Shown here: positions 25,177 to 43,862 of the stretch, one piece after another | Layout: each line of letters begins with the position of its first letter | Position numbering within the stretch: position 1 is the stretch's first letter | NCBI RefSeq assembly: GCF_003019035.1 | Contig: NZ_CP027447.1 | Direction: 5' to 3' (one strand) | Source of the DNA: Escherichia coli | GTDB lineage: Bacteria > Pseudomonadota > Gammaproteobacteria > Enterobacterales > Enterobacteriaceae | DNA: 64,000 nucleotides | Position numbers and translations under genes: made by a program | The notes under the pieces: model-generated | Database searches by the model: none | Told to the model about the DNA's origin: nothing | What the model saw: the letters and a program-made list of their open reading frames with translations, nothing else

Positions 25177-26319
25177 TTAGCGGTATTGCTTCAGCACCGC
25201 GCGACCCAGCGTCAGGATCTGCATTTCGTCAGATCCCCCGGAAACGCGGTCTACACGCAGGTCACGCCAGAAGCGGCTGATGCGGTGGTTGCCCGCAATC
25301 CCGACACCGCCCAGCACCTGCATTGCGCTATCCACCACTTCAAATGCCGCATTGGCGCAGAAGTATTTGCACATCGCTGCATCGCCAGAGGTGATGGTGC
25401 CGTTGTCTGCTTTCCACGCTGCTTCATACAGCATGTTTTTCATGGAGTTTAATTTGATCGCCATGTGGGCGAATTTTTCCTGAATCAACTGGAAACGACC
25501 AATAGCCTCGCCAAACTGCACACGCTGGTTGGCGTAGCGCGCCGCATCTTCAAAGGCGCACATCGCCGTACCGTAGTTGGTCAGGGCTACCAGGAAACGT
25601 TCATGGTCGAACTCTTCTTTGACGCGGTTAAAGCCGTTACCTTCCCGACCGAACATGTCTTTCTCGTCCAGTTCCACGTCGTCAAAAGTGATTTCACAGC
25701 AGCTATCCATACGCAGACCGAGCTTTTCAAGTTTGGTCACTTTGATGCCCGGTTTGCTCATATCAACAAACCATTCGGTGTAGACAGGTTTGTCCGGAGA
25801 AGCCCCGTCGCGCGCCATCACCACGATGTACGGGGTGTAGGCGCTACTGGTAATAAAACACTTACTACCATTAAGATAAATCTTACCATTTCTACGGGTA
25901 TAAGTCGTTTTCAGGCTACCCACGTCGGAGCCCGCGCCCGGTTCGGTAATCGCTGAGTTCCACATCTGCTTACCGGTGCCGCGGAAAGCCATAATCTTGT
26001 CGATCTGCTCTTGTGTGCCTTCGCGCAGGAAGGTATTGAACCCGCCCGGCAACTGGTACAGCACATAGGTTGGTGCCCCCAGACGTCCCAGCTCCATCCA
26101 CACGGCGGCGAGAGTCACAAACCCCGCGTCCAGACCACCGTGCTCTTCAGGGATCAGCAGACTGTCGATCCCCATATCCGCCAGTGCTTTGACAAAACGT
26201 TCCGGGTAGACGCTGTCACGGTCGCACTCGGCAAAATAGGCCTCCCAGTTTTCGCTGGCCATCAGTTCGCGGATACCGGCGACAAACAGTTCCTGCTCAT
26301 CATTTAAATTAAAATCCAT
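25177..26319 (-). CDS. caiA: Crotonobetainyl-CoA dehydrogenase (acyl-CoA dehydrogenase family)
   Basis: 380 aa ORF recognised as CaiA. Confidence 0.95.
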
Positions 26320-26349
26320 CTTTCAACCTCTTGATATTTTGGGGGTTAA

Positions 26350-27867
<1,518 letters not shown>

Positions 27868-28114
27868 TTAATTCCACTGTGAAAACGAATATTTATTTTG
27901 CGTTCCCGTTTGTTTTATTTTTGTTAACATTTAATATAATTATTATTAACCTCGTGGACGCGTTAATGGCTAACTCATAATGGGTATTCAATTGGCTGCG
28001 TTCTGTGATGTTAGTCACAGTTTTTTATCGGGTAAAAACAGGGCATCTTTGTGTAAATATTCATTGTTTATCAATGTGATGAGTTTGGTTGTGAGTAAAA
28101 AAATAGCATCTGAC

Positions 28115-28149
28115 TTTCAATATTGGTGATCCATAAAGCAATATTGAAA
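28115..28149. promoter_or_regulatory. Putative CaiF binding site 1: 11-bp inverted repeat with 13-bp spacer
   Basis: TTTCAATATTG (28115-28125), 13-bp spacer, CAATATTGAAA (28139-28149), in the cai-fix divergent control region; matches the reported CaiF site architecture as I recall it. Confidence 0.55.
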
Positions 28150-28171
28150 ATTTCTTTTTGCTACGCCATGT

Positions 28172-28206
28172 TTTCAATATTGGTGAGGAACTTAACAATA
28201 TTGAAA
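28172..28206. promoter_or_regulatory. Putative CaiF binding site 2: same inverted repeat with 13-bp spacer
   Basis: TTTCAATATTG (28172-28182), 13-bp spacer, CAATATTGAAA (28196-28206). Confidence 0.55.
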
Positions 28207-28230
28207 GTTGGGTTTATCTGCGTGTGACAT

Positions 28231-28245
28231 TTTCAATATTGGTGA
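28231..28245. promoter_or_regulatory. Third copy of TTTCAATATTGGTGA without inverted partner
   Basis: Exact 15-mer shared with sites 1 and 2, preceded by GTGTGACA (CRP half-site-like), about 90 bp before fixA. Confidence 0.35.
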
Positions 28246-28336
28246 TTAAAGTTTTATTTCCAAATTAAAGGGCGTGATATCTGTAATTAACACCACCGAT
28301 ATGAACGACGTTTCCTTCATGATTTCTGGAGATGCA

Positions 28337-29107
28337 ATGAAGATTATTACTTGCTATAAGTGCGTGCCTGATGAACAGGATATTGCGGTCAATAATGCTG
28401 ATGGTTCGTTAGACTTCAGTAAAGCCGATGCCAAAATAAGCCAATACGATCTCAACGCTATTGAAGCGGCTTGCCAGCTAAAGCAACAGGCAGCAGAGGG
28501 GCAGGTGACGGCCTTAAGTGTGGGCGGTAAAGCCCTGACCAACGCCAAAGGGCGTAAAGATGTGCTATCGCGCGGTCCGGATGAACTGATTGTGGTGATT
28601 GATGACCAGTTCGAGCAGGCACTGCCGCAACAAACGGCGACCGCACTGGCTGCTGCCGCCCAGAAAGCAGGCTTTGATTTGATCCTCTGTGGCGATGGTT
28701 CTTCCGACCTTTATGCCCAGCAGGTTGGTTTGCTGGTAGGCGAAATCCTCAATATTCCGGCAGTTAACGGCGTCAGCAAAATTATCTCCCTGACGGCAGA
28801 TACCCTCACCGTTGAGCGCGAACTGGAAGATGAAACAGAAACGTTAAGCATTCCGCTGCCTGCGGTTGTTGCTGTTTCCACTGATATCAACTCCCCACAA
28901 ATTCCTTCGATGAAAGCTATTCTCGGCGCGGCGAAAAAGCCCGTCCAGGTATGGTCGGCGGCGGATATCGGTTTTAACGCAGAGGCAGCCTGGTCAGAAC
29001 AACAGGTTGCCGCGCCGAAACAGCGCGAGCGTCAGCGCATCGTGATTGAAGGCGACGGCGAAGAACAGATCGCCGCATTTGCTGAAAATCTTCGCAAAGT
29101 CATTTAA
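28337..29107 (+). CDS. fixA: Electron transfer flavoprotein beta-subunit homolog
   Basis: Recognised FixA N-terminus [18 protein letters not shown] at ATG 28337 (256 aa); the supplied ORF extends upstream. Confidence 0.9.
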   Translation: MKIITCYKCVPDEQDIAVNNADGSLDFSKADAKISQYDLNAIEAACQLKQQAAEGQVTALSVGGKALTNAKGRKDVLSRGPDELIVVIDDQFEQALPQQTATALAAAAQKAGFDLILCGDGSSDLYAQQVGLLVGEILNIPAVNGVSKIISLTADTLTVERELEDETETLSIPLPAVVAVSTDINSPQIPSMKAILGAAKKPVQVWSAADIGFNAEAAWSEQQVAAPKQRERQRIVIEGDGEEQIAAFAENLRKVI

Positions 29108-29121
29108 TTACAGGGGATGCT

Positions 29122-30063
29122 ATGAACACGTTTTCTCAAGTCTGGGTATTCAGCGATACCCCTTCTCGTCTGCCGGAACTGATGAACGGTGCGCAGGCTT
29201 TAGCTAATCAAATCAACACGTTCGTCCTCAATGATGCCGACGGCGCACAGGCAATCCAGCTCGGCGCTAATCATGTCTGGAAATTAAGCGGCAAACCGGA
29301 CGAGCGGATGATCGAAGATTACGCCGGTGTCATGGCTGACACTATTCGCCAGCACGGCGCAGACGGTCTGGTGCTGCTGCCAAACACCCGTCGCGGCAAA
29401 TTACTGGCGGCAAAACTGGGTTATCGCCTTAAAGCGGCGGTGTCTAACGATGCCAGCACCGTCAGCGTACAGGACGGTAAAGCGACAGTGAAACACATGG
29501 TTTACGGCGGTCTGGCGATTGGCGAAGAACGCATTGCCACGCCGTATGCGGTACTGACCATCAGCAGCGGCACGTTTGATGCGGCTCAGGCAGACGCGTC
29601 ACGCACTGGCGAAACGCACACCGTGGAGTGGCAGGCTCCGGCTGTGGCGATTACCCGCACGGCAACCCAGGCGCGCCAGAGCAACAGCGTCGATCTCGAC
29701 AAAGCCCGTCTGGTGGTCAGCGTCGGTCGCGGCATTGGCAGCAAAGAGAACATTGCGCTGGCAGAACAGCTTTGTAAGGCGATAGGTGCGGAGTTGGCCT
29801 GTTCTCGTCCGGTGGCGGAAAACGAAAAATGGATGGAGCACGAACGCTATGTCGGTATCTCCAACCTGATGCTGAAACCTGAACTGTACCTGGCGGTGGG
29901 GATCTCCGGGCAGATCCAGCACATGGTTGGCGCTAATGCGTCGCAAACCATTTTCGCCATCAACAAAGATAAAAATGCGCCGATCTTCCAGTACGCGGAT
30001 TACGGCATTGTTGGCGACGCCGTGAAAATCCTTCCGGCACTGACCGCAGCTTTAGCGCGTTGA
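29122..30063 (+). CDS. fixB: Electron transfer flavoprotein alpha-subunit homolog
   Basis: 313 aa ORF, ETF alpha-like. Confidence 0.94.
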   Translation: MNTFSQVWVFSDTPSRLPELMNGAQALANQINTFVLNDADGAQAIQLGANHVWKLSGKPDERMIEDYAGVMADTIRQHGADGLVLLPNTRRGKLLAAKLGYRLKAAVSNDASTVSVQDGKATVKHMVYGGLAIGEERIATPYAVLTISSGTFDAAQADASRTGETHTVEWQAPAVAITRTATQARQSNSVDLDKARLVVSVGRGIGSKENIALAEQLCKAIGAELACSRPVAENEKWMEHERYVGISNLMLKPELYLAVGISGQIQHMVGANASQTIFAINKDKNAPIFQYADYGIVGDAVKILPALTAALAR

Positions 30064-30113
30064 TCCACTCTGGCAGGGCTGCATTACGGCCCTGCCGCTG
30101 ACAGGGAGCTCTT

Positions 30114-31400
30114 ATGTCCGAAGATATCTTTGACGCCATCATCGTCGGTGCAGGGCTTGCCGGTTCGGTTGCTGCACTGGTGCTCGCCCGCGAAGGTGCG
30201 CAAGTGTTAGTTATCGAGCGTGGCAATTCCGCAGGTGCCAAGAACGTCACCGGCGGGCGTCTCTATGCCCACAGCCTGGAACACATTATTCCTGGTTTCG
30301 CCGAATCCGCCCCCGTAGAACGCCTGATCACCCATGAAAAACTTGCGTTTATGACGGAAAAGTCAGCGATGACTATGGACTACTGCAATGGCGACGAAAC
30401 CTCGCCATCCCAGCGTTCTTACTCCGTTTTGCGCAGTAAATTTGATGCCTGGCTGATGGAGCAGGCCGAAGAAGCGGGCGCGCAGTTAATTACCGGGATC
30501 CGCGTCGATAACCTCGTACAGCGCGATGGCAAAGTTGTCGGCGTAGAAGCTGATGGCGATGTGATTGAAGCGAAAACGGTGATCCTTGCTGATGGGGTGA
30601 ATTCCATCCTTGCCGAAAAGCTGGGGATGGCAAAACGCGTTAAACCGACGGATGTGGCGGTTGGCGTGAAGGAACTGATCGAGTTACCGAAGTCGGTTAT
30701 CGAAGACCGTTTTCAGTTGCAGGGTAATCAGGGCGCGGCTTGCCTGTTTGCGGGATCACCCACCGATGGCCTGATGGGCGGTGGCTTCCTTTATACCAAT
30801 GAAAATACCCTGTCGCTGGGGCTGGTTTGTGGTTTGCATCATCTGCATGACGCAAAAAAATCGGTGCCGCAAATGCTGGAAGATTTCAAACAACATCCGG
30901 CCGTTGCACCGCTGATCGCAGGCGGCAAGCTGGTGGAATATTCCGCTCACGTAGTGCCGGAAGCAGGCATCAACATGCTGCCGGAGCTGGTCGGTGACGG
31001 CGTACTGATTGCCGGTGATGCCGCCGGAATGTGTATGAACCTCGGTTTTACCATTCGCGGTATGGATCTGGCGATTGCCGCCGGGGAAGCAGCAGCAAAA
31101 ACTGTGCTTTCAGCGATGAAAAGCGACGATTTCAGTAAGCAAAAACTCGCGGAATATCGTCAGCATCTTGAGAGTGGCCCGCTGCGCGATATGCGCATGT
31201 ACCAGAAACTACCGGCGTTCCTTGATAACCCACGCATGTTTAACGGCTACCCGGAACTGGCGGTGGGCGTGGCGCGTGACCTGTTCACCATTGACGGCAG
31301 TGCGCCGGAACTGATGCGCAAGAAAATCCTCCGCCACGGCAAGAAAGTGGGCTTCATCAATCTGATCAAGGATGGCATGAAAGGAGTGACCGTTTTATGA
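30114..31400 (+). CDS. fixC: FAD-dependent oxidoreductase (ETF-quinone oxidoreductase-like)
   Basis: 428 aa ORF with N-terminal FAD-binding GxGxxG (DAIIVGAGLAGS). Confidence 0.94.
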   Translation: MSEDIFDAIIVGAGLAGSVAALVLAREGAQVLVIERGNSAGAKNVTGGRLYAHSLEHIIPGFAESAPVERLITHEKLAFMTEKSAMTMDYCNGDETSPSQRSYSVLRSKFDAWLMEQAEEAGAQLITGIRVDNLVQRDGKVVGVEADGDVIEAKTVILADGVNSILAEKLGMAKRVKPTDVAVGVKELIELPKSVIEDRFQLQGNQGAACLFAGSPTDGLMGGGFLYTNENTLSLGLVCGLHHLHDAKKSVPQMLEDFKQHPAVAPLIAGGKLVEYSAHVVPEAGINMLPELVGDGVLIAGDAAGMCMNLGFTIRGMDLAIAAGEAAAKTVLSAMKSDDFSKQKLAEYRQHLESGPLRDMRMYQKLPAFLDNPRMFNGYPELAVGVARDLFTIDGSAPELMRKKILRHGKKVGFINLIKDGMKGVTVL

Positions 31401-31684
31401 CTTCTCCCGTCAATGTGGACGTCAAACTGGGCGTCAATAAATTCAATGTCGATGAAGAGCATCCGCACATTGTTGTGAAGGCCGATGCCGATAAACAGGC
31501 GCTGGAGCTGCTGGTGAAAGCGTGCCCCGCAGGTCTGTACAAGAAGCAGGATGACGGCAGTGTGCGCTTCGATTACGCCGGATGTCTGGAGTGCGGCACC
31601 TGTCGCATTCTGGGGCTGGGGTCGGCGCTGGAACAGTGGGAATACCCGCGCGGCACCTTTGGTGTGGAGTTCCGTTACGGCTGA
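31397..31684 (+). CDS. fixX: Ferredoxin-like protein
   Basis: 95 aa ORF with Cys cluster, overlapping the fixC stop. Confidence 0.93.
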   Translation: MTSPVNVDVKLGVNKFNVDEEHPHIVVKADADKQALELLVKACPAGLYKKQDDGSVRFDYAGCLECGTCRILGLGSALEQWEYPRGTFGVEFRYG

Positions 31685-31741
31685 TGTTGGTTTGATAAGT
31701 AACGCCGCACTGAATCTCATTGCAAAAAACAGGAATAACCC

Positions 31742-33073
31742 ATGCAACCGTCCAGAAACTTTGACGATCTCAAATTCTCCTCTATTCACCGCCGCATTTT
31801 GCTGTGGGGAAGCGGTGGTCCGTTTCTGGATGGTTATGTACTGGTAATGATTGGCGTGGCGCTGGAGCAACTGACTCCGGCGCTGAAACTGGACGCTGAC
31901 TGGATTGGCTTGCTGGGCGCGGGAACGCTCGCCGGGCTGTTCGTTGGCACATCGCTGTTTGGCTATATCTCCGATAAAGTCGGACGGCGCAAAATGTTCC
32001 TCATTGATATCATCGCCATCGGCGTGATATCTGTGGCGACGATGTTTGTCTCATCCCCCGTCGAACTGTTGGTGATGCGGGTACTTATCGGCATTGTCAT
32101 CGGTGCGGATTATCCCATCGCCACCTCAATGATCACCGAGTTCTCCAGTACCCGTCAGCGGGCGTTTTCCATCAGCTTTATCGCCGCGATGTGGTATGTC
32201 GGCGCGACCTGCGCCGATTTGGTCGGCTATTGGCTTTATGATGTGGAAGGTGGTTGGCGCTGGATGCTGGGTAGCGCAGCGATCCCCTGTTTGTTGATTT
32301 TGATTGGTCGATTCGAACTGCCTGAATCTCCCCGCTGGTTGTTACGCAAAGGGCGAGTAAAAGAGTGCGAAGAGATGATGATCAAACTGTTTGGCGAACC
32401 GGTGGCTTTCGATGAAGAGCAGCCGCAGCAAACCCGTTTTCGCGATCTGTTTAATCGCCGCCATTTTCCTTTTGTTCTGTTTGTTGCCGCCATCTGGACC
32501 TGCCAGGTGATCCCCATGTTCGCCATTTACACCTTTGGCCCGCAAATCGTTGGTTTGTTGGGATTGGGAGTTGGCAAAAACGCGGCGTTGGGGAATGTGG
32601 TGATTAGCCTGTTCTTTATGCTTGGCTGTATTCCGCCGATGCTGTGGTTAAACACCGCCGGACGGCGTCCATTGTTGATTGGCAGTTTTGCCATGATGAC
32701 GCTGGCGCTGGCGGTTTTGGGGCTGATCCCGGATATGGGGATCTGGCTGGTAGTGATGGCATTTGCGGTGTATGCCTTTTTCTCTGGCGGGCCGGGTAAT
32801 TTGCAGTGGCTCTATCCTAATGAACTCTTCCCGACGGATATCCGCGCCTCTGCCGTGGGCGTGATTATGTCCTTAAGCCGTATTGGCACCATTGTTTCGA
32901 CCTGGGCACTGCCAATCTTTATCAATAATTACGGCATCAGTAGCACCATGCTGATGGGGGCGGGTATCTCGCTATTTGGCTTGTTGATTTCCGTAGCGTT
33001 TGCTCCGGAGACTCGAGGGATGTCACTGGCGCAGACCAGCAATATGACGATCCGCGGGCAGAGAATGGGGTAA
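31742..33073 (+). CDS. yaaU: MFS-family transporter
   Basis: 443 aa polytopic ORF in the conserved position after fixX. Confidence 0.88.
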   Translation: MQPSRNFDDLKFSSIHRRILLWGSGGPFLDGYVLVMIGVALEQLTPALKLDADWIGLLGAGTLAGLFVGTSLFGYISDKVGRRKMFLIDIIAIGVISVATMFVSSPVELLVMRVLIGIVIGADYPIATSMITEFSSTRQRAFSISFIAAMWYVGATCADLVGYWLYDVEGGWRWMLGSAAIPCLLILIGRFELPESPRWLLRKGRVKECEEMMIKLFGEPVAFDEEQPQQTRFRDLFNRRHFPFVLFVAAIWTCQVIPMFAIYTFGPQIVGLLGLGVGKNAALGNVVISLFFMLGCIPPMLWLNTAGRRPLLIGSFAMMTLALAVLGLIPDMGIWLVVMAFAVYAFFSGGPGNLQWLYPNELFPTDIRASAVGVIMSLSRIGTIVSTWALPIFINNYGISSTMLMGAGISLFGLLISVAFAPETRGMSLAQTSNMTIRGQRMG

Positions 33074-33180
33074 TTTGTTCAGATTTCTCTCTTTTCTGAA
33101 TCAATATTATTGACTATAAGCCGCGTGAATATATGACTACACTTTGTGGGAAAACAAAGGCGTAATCACGCGGGCTACCT

Positions 33181-33703
33181 ATGATTCTTATAATTTATGC
33201 GCATCCGTATCCGCATCATTCCCATGCGAATAAACGGATGCTTGAACAGGCAAGGACGCTGGAAGGCGTCGAAATTCGCTCTCTTTATCAACTCTATCCT
33301 GACTTCAATATCGATATTGCCGCCGAGCAGGAGGCGCTGTCTCGCGCCGATCTGATCGTCTGGCAGCACCCGATGCAGTGGTACAGCATTCCACCGCTCC
33401 TCAAACTTTGGATCGATAAAGTTTTCTCGCACGGCTGGGCTTACGGTCACGGCGGTACGGCGCTGCATGGCAAACATTTGCTGTGGGCGGTGACGACCGG
33501 CGGCGGGGAAAGCCATTTTGAGATTGGTGCGCATCCGGGCTTTGATGTGCTGTCACAGCCGCTACAGGCGACGGCAATCTACTGCGGGCTGAACTGGCTG
33601 CCACCGTTTGCCATGCACTGCACCTTTATTTGTGACGACGAAACCCTCGAAGGGCAGGCGCGTCACTATAAGCAACGTCTGCTGGAATGGCAGGAGGCAC
33701 ATC

Positions 33704-33711
<8 letters not shown>
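33181..33711 (+). CDS. kefF: KefC ancillary protein (flavodoxin-like quinone oxidoreductase)
   Basis: 176 aa [24 protein letters not shown]...; overlaps the kefC start. Confidence 0.94.
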
Positions 33712-36237
<2,526 letters not shown>

Positions 36238-36322
36238 GTTTGTATATTAGAAGTCCGGCATCACTAATACGTGCAGATATCCGTGTATACTAGACGTATA
36301 AATTGTACAGGAGCACGATATC
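36238..36322 (+). promoter_or_regulatory. Putative promoter/operator of the ccd-like cassette
   Basis: 85-bp AT-rich spacer after folA with dyad symmetry (ATACGT ... ACGTAT around GTATAC) and SD AGGAG 11 nt before the ccdA-like ATG. Confidence 0.4.
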
Positions 36323-36556
36323 ATGACTGCAAAACGTACCACACAAAGTGTGACCGTCACCGTCGACCGTGAGTTAGTCAATCGCGCTCGTGATGCAGGC
36401 TTAAATATGAGCGCCACCCTTACGGTTGCGCTCAATGCTGAACTTAAAAAACATGCAGCAACACGTTGGCGTGAAGAGAACACAGAAGCTATCGCTGCGT
36501 TAAATCAATTGGCTGATGAAACCGGATGTTTCTCTGATGAGTACCGGAGCTTCTAG
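36323..36556 (+). CDS. ccdA: CcdA-like antitoxin
   Basis: 77 aa ORF MTAKRTTQSVTVTVDRELVNRARDAGLNMSATLTVALNAELKKHAATRWREENTEAIAALNQLADETGCFSDEYRSF resembles F-plasmid CcdA as recalled (ribbon-helix-helix N-terminus, ...RWREEN... core, acidic C-terminus); 2 nt before the toxin gene. Confidence 0.75.
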   Translation: MTAKRTTQSVTVTVDRELVNRARDAGLNMSATLTVALNAELKKHAATRWREENTEAIAALNQLADETGCFSDEYRSF

Positions 36557-36558
36557 CG

Positions 36559-36873
36559 ATGCAATTTACGGTATACTGCAGTCGCGGCAGGAACGCCGCG
36601 TTTCCCTTTGTTATCGATGTTACCAGCGACATTATTGGTGAGATTAATCGCCGTATCGTTATTCCATTAACACCTATTGAACGATTTAGCCGTATTCGCC
36701 CACCAGAACGGCTTAATCCAATCCTTTTACTGGTAGATGGCAAAGAATATGTGCTCATGACGCATGAGACTGCAACTGTTCCAGTTAACGCGCTGGGAAC
36801 GAAATTTTGCGATGCCAGCGCGCACCGAACGTTGATTAAAGGAGCATTAGATTTTATGCTCGACGGGATTTAA
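36559..36873 (+). CDS. ccdB: CcdB-like gyrase-poison toxin
   Basis: 104 aa [40 protein letters not shown]... resembles F-plasmid CcdB as recalled (MQFKVY..., ...VDVQSDII..., C-terminal ...W/GI); SD GGAG inside the ccdA 3-prime end. Confidence 0.8.
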   Translation: MQFTVYCSRGRNAAFPFVIDVTSDIIGEINRRIVIPLTPIERFSRIRPPERLNPILLLVDGKEYVLMTHETATVPVNALGTKFCDASAHRTLIKGALDFMLDGI

Positions 36874-37718
36874 GACGCGGCCGCCTCTCCCTCACCCATA
36901 TCTTTATGCCGATTCGACGGCTGGACAAAATACTGTTTATCTTCCCAGCGCAGGCAGGTTAATGTCCCGCCCCAACAGCAGCCGGTATCCAGCGCGTAAA
37001 TACCTTCCGGCGTACCTTTGCCCTCCAGCGATGCCCAGTGACCAAAGGCGATGCTGTACTCTTCAGCGACGGGGCCAGGAATCGCAAACCACGGTTTCAG
37101 TGGGGCAGGGGCCTCTTCCGGCGATTCTTTGCTGTACATATCCAGTTGACCGTTCGGGAAGCAAAAACGCATACGGGTAAAGGCGTTGGTGATAAAACGC
37201 AGTCTTCCCAGCCCCCGCAATTCCGGTGACCAGTTATTTGGCATATCGCCGTACATGGCATCAAGGAAGAAGGGATAGGAGTCACTCGACAGCACCGCTT
37301 CTACATCGCGCGCGCACTCTTTGGCGGTCTGCAGATCCCACTGCGGCGTGATCCCGGCGTGGGCCATCACCAGCTTTTTCTCTTCGTCGATTTGCAGCAG
37401 AGGCTGGCGACGCAGCCAGTTAAGCAGCTCGTCGGCATCCGGCGCTTCCAGCAGCGGTGTCAGGCGATCTTTCGGTTTATTGCGGCTGATCCCGGCAAAT
37501 ACCGCCAGCAGATGCAGATCGTGATTGCCCAGCACCAGACGTACGCTGTCGCCTAAGGATTTCACATAGCGCAGAACATCCAGCGAACCCGGGCCGCGCG
37601 CGACCAGATCGCCCGTCAGCCAGAGGGTATCTTTCCCAGGGGTAAATTCTACTTTATGCAGCAATGCGATCAGTTCATCGTAACAACCATGAACGTCGCC
37701 AATAAGGTATGTCGCCAT
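36870..37718 (-). CDS. apaH: Bis(5-nucleosyl)-tetraphosphatase (symmetrical)
   Basis: 282 aa [23 protein letters not shown]..., metallophosphatase motifs. Confidence 0.95.
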   Translation of the reverse strand: MATYLIGDVHGCYDELIALLHKVEFTPGKDTLWLTGDLVARGPGSLDVLRYVKSLGDSVRLVLGNHDLHLLAVFAGISRNKPKDRLTPLLEAPDADELLNWLRRQPLLQIDEEKKLVMAHAGITPQWDLQTAKECARDVEAVLSSDSYPFFLDAMYGDMPNNWSPELRGLGRLRFITNAFTRMRFCFPNGQLDMYSKESPEEAPAPLKPWFAIPGPVAEEYSIAFGHWASLEGKGTPEGIYALDTGCCWGGTLTCLRWEDKQYFVQPSNRHKDMGEGEAAAS

Positions 37719-37724
37719 ATTCTT

Positions 37725-38102
37725 TTAATGAATGAGTGTGGGAACGGCGAGTCGGAATACGGGAATGTCGATGCTGAAAGGGACGCCATTTTCATCGATC
37801 ATTTCGTAGTGACCCTGCATGGTGCCCAGCGGGGTTTCAATGATTGCACCGCTGGTGTACTGGTACTCTTCGCCAGGCGCGATAAGTGGCTGGACGCCAA
37901 CCACTCCTTCGCCCTGGACTTCGGTTTCACGGCCATTGCCATTGGTGATCAGCCAGTAACGCCCCAACAACTGCACTGGCGCTCGCCCCAGATTGCGTAT
38001 GGTTACGGTATAAGCAAAAACGTAACGTTCATTATCAGGTGAAGATTGTGCCTCAATGTAGACGCTTTGAACCTGAATACACACTCGGGGCGAATTGATC
38101 AT
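37725..38102 (-). CDS. apaG: ApaG protein
   Basis: Recognised N-terminus [19 protein letters not shown] at ATG 38102 (125 aa); the supplied ORF extends 18 codons upstream. Confidence 0.9.
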   Translation of the reverse strand: MINSPRVCIQVQSVYIEAQSSPDNERYVFAYTVTIRNLGRAPVQLLGRYWLITNGNGRETEVQGEGVVGVQPLIAPGEEYQYTSGAIIETPLGTMQGHYEMIDENGVPFSIDIPVFRLAVPTLIH

Positions 38103-38104
38103 CG

Positions 38105-41198
<3,094 letters not shown>

Positions 41199-41250
41199 AC
41201 TTTTTCCATTTCAATTAACCGCACTGCGGATTACGTGGTAAATCAACAAA

Positions 41251-43608
41251 TCACAAAGTGTTTTGATACGGCAGAATGTTCGAACGCAGCATCTCTTGCG
41301 TACCCAGACCGTAGTTGGAGCTCAGGCCGCGAAGTTCGATGTTAAAGCCGATTGCGTTGTCATATATCGCATGTTGTTTATCGTTATCCCAACCGTTCAG
41401 CTTACGCTCATAACCGACGCGAATCGCATAGCAGCAGGAGCTGTATTGCACACCTAACATTGAGTCGGCTTGCTTGTTCGCGTTGGTGTCGTAATAGTAC
41501 GCCCCGACAATCGACCAACGATCGGCGATTGGCCAGCTAGCGACTGCACCCACCTGCGAAATGCCGTTTTTAAACTGTTCATATGTGGAATAATAATTAG
41601 GCAGTGTCGCCTGTATATATTCCGGGCTGGCGTAGCGATAGTTCAGCTGTACCAGACGGTCTTCATCCCGACGGTATTCAATGCTGGTGTTACTGGTGGC
41701 TACGTTATCAAGACGAGTATCGTACTGAATACCGCCCCGCAATCCCCAGCGCTCGGAGATGCGCCAGTAGGTATCGCCAGCCCATACCAGTGAGCCCGTT
41801 TTGTCGTCATTCTCCCATGTTATGTTGTCATCGCCGGTGCGAGACTCCGTGAAATAGTAGATTTGACCAACGGAAATATTAAAACGTTCAACGGCTGCAT
41901 CATCATATACGCGTGTTGTGATACCGGTCGTGACCTGGTTTGCGGAAGCAACACGGTCAAGACCGCCATAAGTCCGGTCCCGGAACAGGCCCGAGTAGTC
42001 GGATTGCAACAGTGCGGAGTCATAGTTATAGATGTCGCTCTGATCGCGATACGGCACATACAGGTATTGTGCGCGCGGCTCCAGCGTCTGGGTGTAACCC
42101 GGCGCCAGCATTTCCATATCACGTTCGAAGACCATTTTGCCGTCAACTTTAAATTGCGGCATTACGCGGTTAACAGAATCTGCCAACTTATTGTTTTGCG
42201 GGTTGCTGTTATACCAGTCGAGATTGGTCTGCTGATAATGGGTAGCCAGCAGCTTCGCTTCGGTATTGATACTGCCCCAGGTGTTGGATAACGGCAGGTT
42301 GATCGTCGGCTCCAGATGAACGCGAGTAGCCTCCGGCATATTGCTGTTTGTATTAACAAAATGCACTGCCTGACCATAAAATCGGGTATCAAACGGGCCG
42401 AGATCGTTATGGTAGTAGTTGACGTCTAACTGCGGTTCAGCGGCATAGCTGTTGCCACTGGTATCATCAAAAACCTGGAATTGTTTATGCGAAAGCGTGG
42501 CGTCAAAGTTCTGCACCGCATAGCCCACGCTGAATTTTTGCGTGGCGTAGCCATCGGTACTGGAACCATATTTATTATCAAAATCATTGAAATAGGTCGG
42601 GTCGCTGACTTTGGTGTAGTCGATGTTAAAGCGCCAAACCTGGTCCATCACTCCGGAGTGTTGCCAGTAGAACAACCAACGGCGTGAATTGCTATCTTCT
42701 GGATGTTCATCTTCATAGACTTTATCCGAAGGCAGATAGTCCAGTTCCATCAAGCCTGCGCCCGCCTGGGTGAGATAACGGAATTCGTTTTCCCACATAA
42801 TGTTGCCACGACGATGCATATAATGCGGCGTGATGGTGGCATCCATATTTGGCGCGATGTTCCAGTAATACGGCAGGTAGAACTCAAAGTAGTTGGTGGT
42901 GGTGTACTTGGCGTTCGGGATTAAGAAACCAGAACGGCGTTTGTCACCCACCGGCAACTGTAAATAGGGGCTGTAAAAGATCGGAACCGGACCCACTTTA
43001 AAACGGGCGTTCCAGATCTCTGCGACTTGTTCTTCGCGGTCATGAATAATTTCGCTACCCACCACGCTCCAGGTATCAGAACCCGGCAGACAGGAGGTAA
43101 AAGTACCGTTATCCAGAATGGTATAGCGGTTTTCGCCACGTTGTTTCATCAGGTCCGCTTTACCGCGGCCCTGACGACCCACCATCTGGTAATCACCTTC
43201 CCAGACATTGGTATCTTTGGTGTTCAGATTCGCCCAGCCTTTCGGCCCTTTGAGGATCACCTGGTTATCGTCGTAATGGACATTACCTAGCGCATCAATG
43301 GTACGTACCGGCTCCGGTTGTCCTGGTGCCTCTTTTTGATGGAGCTGCACTTCATCGGCCTGCAGACGGCTGTTACCCTGCATGATATCCACGCTGCCAG
43401 TAAACACGGCGTCATCCGGGTAGTCCCCTTTCGCGTGGTCAGCATTGATAGTCACGGGTAAGTCATTGGTATCGCCCTGTACCAGAGGACGGTCATAGCT
43501 TGGCACGCCCAACATGCACTGAGAGGCGAGGTCGGCTGCCAGTCCCTGTTGACTATAAAGGGCGGTGGCAATCATGGTGGCCAGGAGAGTGGGGATACGT
43601 TTTTTCAT
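41251..43608 (-). CDS. lptD: LPS-assembly outer-membrane protein
   Basis: 785 aa ORF with signal peptide, recognised as LptD/Imp. Confidence 0.95.
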   Translation of the reverse strand: MKKRIPTLLATMIATALYSQQGLAADLASQCMLGVPSYDRPLVQGDTNDLPVTINADHAKGDYPDDAVFTGSVDIMQGNSRLQADEVQLHQKEAPGQPEPVRTIDALGNVHYDDNQVILKGPKGWANLNTKDTNVWEGDYQMVGRQGRGKADLMKQRGENRYTILDNGTFTSCLPGSDTWSVVGSEIIHDREEQVAEIWNARFKVGPVPIFYSPYLQLPVGDKRRSGFLIPNAKYTTTNYFEFYLPYYWNIAPNMDATITPHYMHRRGNIMWENEFRYLTQAGAGLMELDYLPSDKVYEDEHPEDSNSRRWLFYWQHSGVMDQVWRFNIDYTKVSDPTYFNDFDNKYGSSTDGYATQKFSVGYAVQNFDATLSHKQFQVFDDTSGNSYAAEPQLDVNYYHNDLGPFDTRFYGQAVHFVNTNSNMPEATRVHLEPTINLPLSNTWGSINTEAKLLATHYQQTNLDWYNSNPQNNKLADSVNRVMPQFKVDGKMVFERDMEMLAPGYTQTLEPRAQYLYVPYRDQSDIYNYDSALLQSDYSGLFRDRTYGGLDRVASANQVTTGITTRVYDDAAVERFNISVGQIYYFTESRTGDDNITWENDDKTGSLVWAGDTYWRISERWGLRGGIQYDTRLDNVATSNTSIEYRRDEDRLVQLNYRYASPEYIQATLPNYYSTYEQFKNGISQVGAVASWPIADRWSIVGAYYYDTNANKQADSMLGVQYSSCCYAIRVGYERKLNGWDNDKQHAIYDNAIGFNIELRGLSSNYGLGTQEMLRSNILPYQNTL

Positions 43609-43862
43609 ACGTTGATTTTATTGTTCCATCATCGGTAACGTTGCGCGTGACAAACGGTCAGAGACTAACGTACTCGTCATCTCTACGCTAGTGTTAATCC
43701 TGTCCGAATAGCGTCAGTGGTGTTAGGCACGGCATTGAATGACAGGTATGATAATGCAAATTATAGGCGATGTCCCACAATTGACCGCAGCCGGAAAACG
43801 GTAAAAGCACCTTTATATTGTGGGAGATAGCCCTGATATCCGTGTGTCGATTTGGGGAATAT

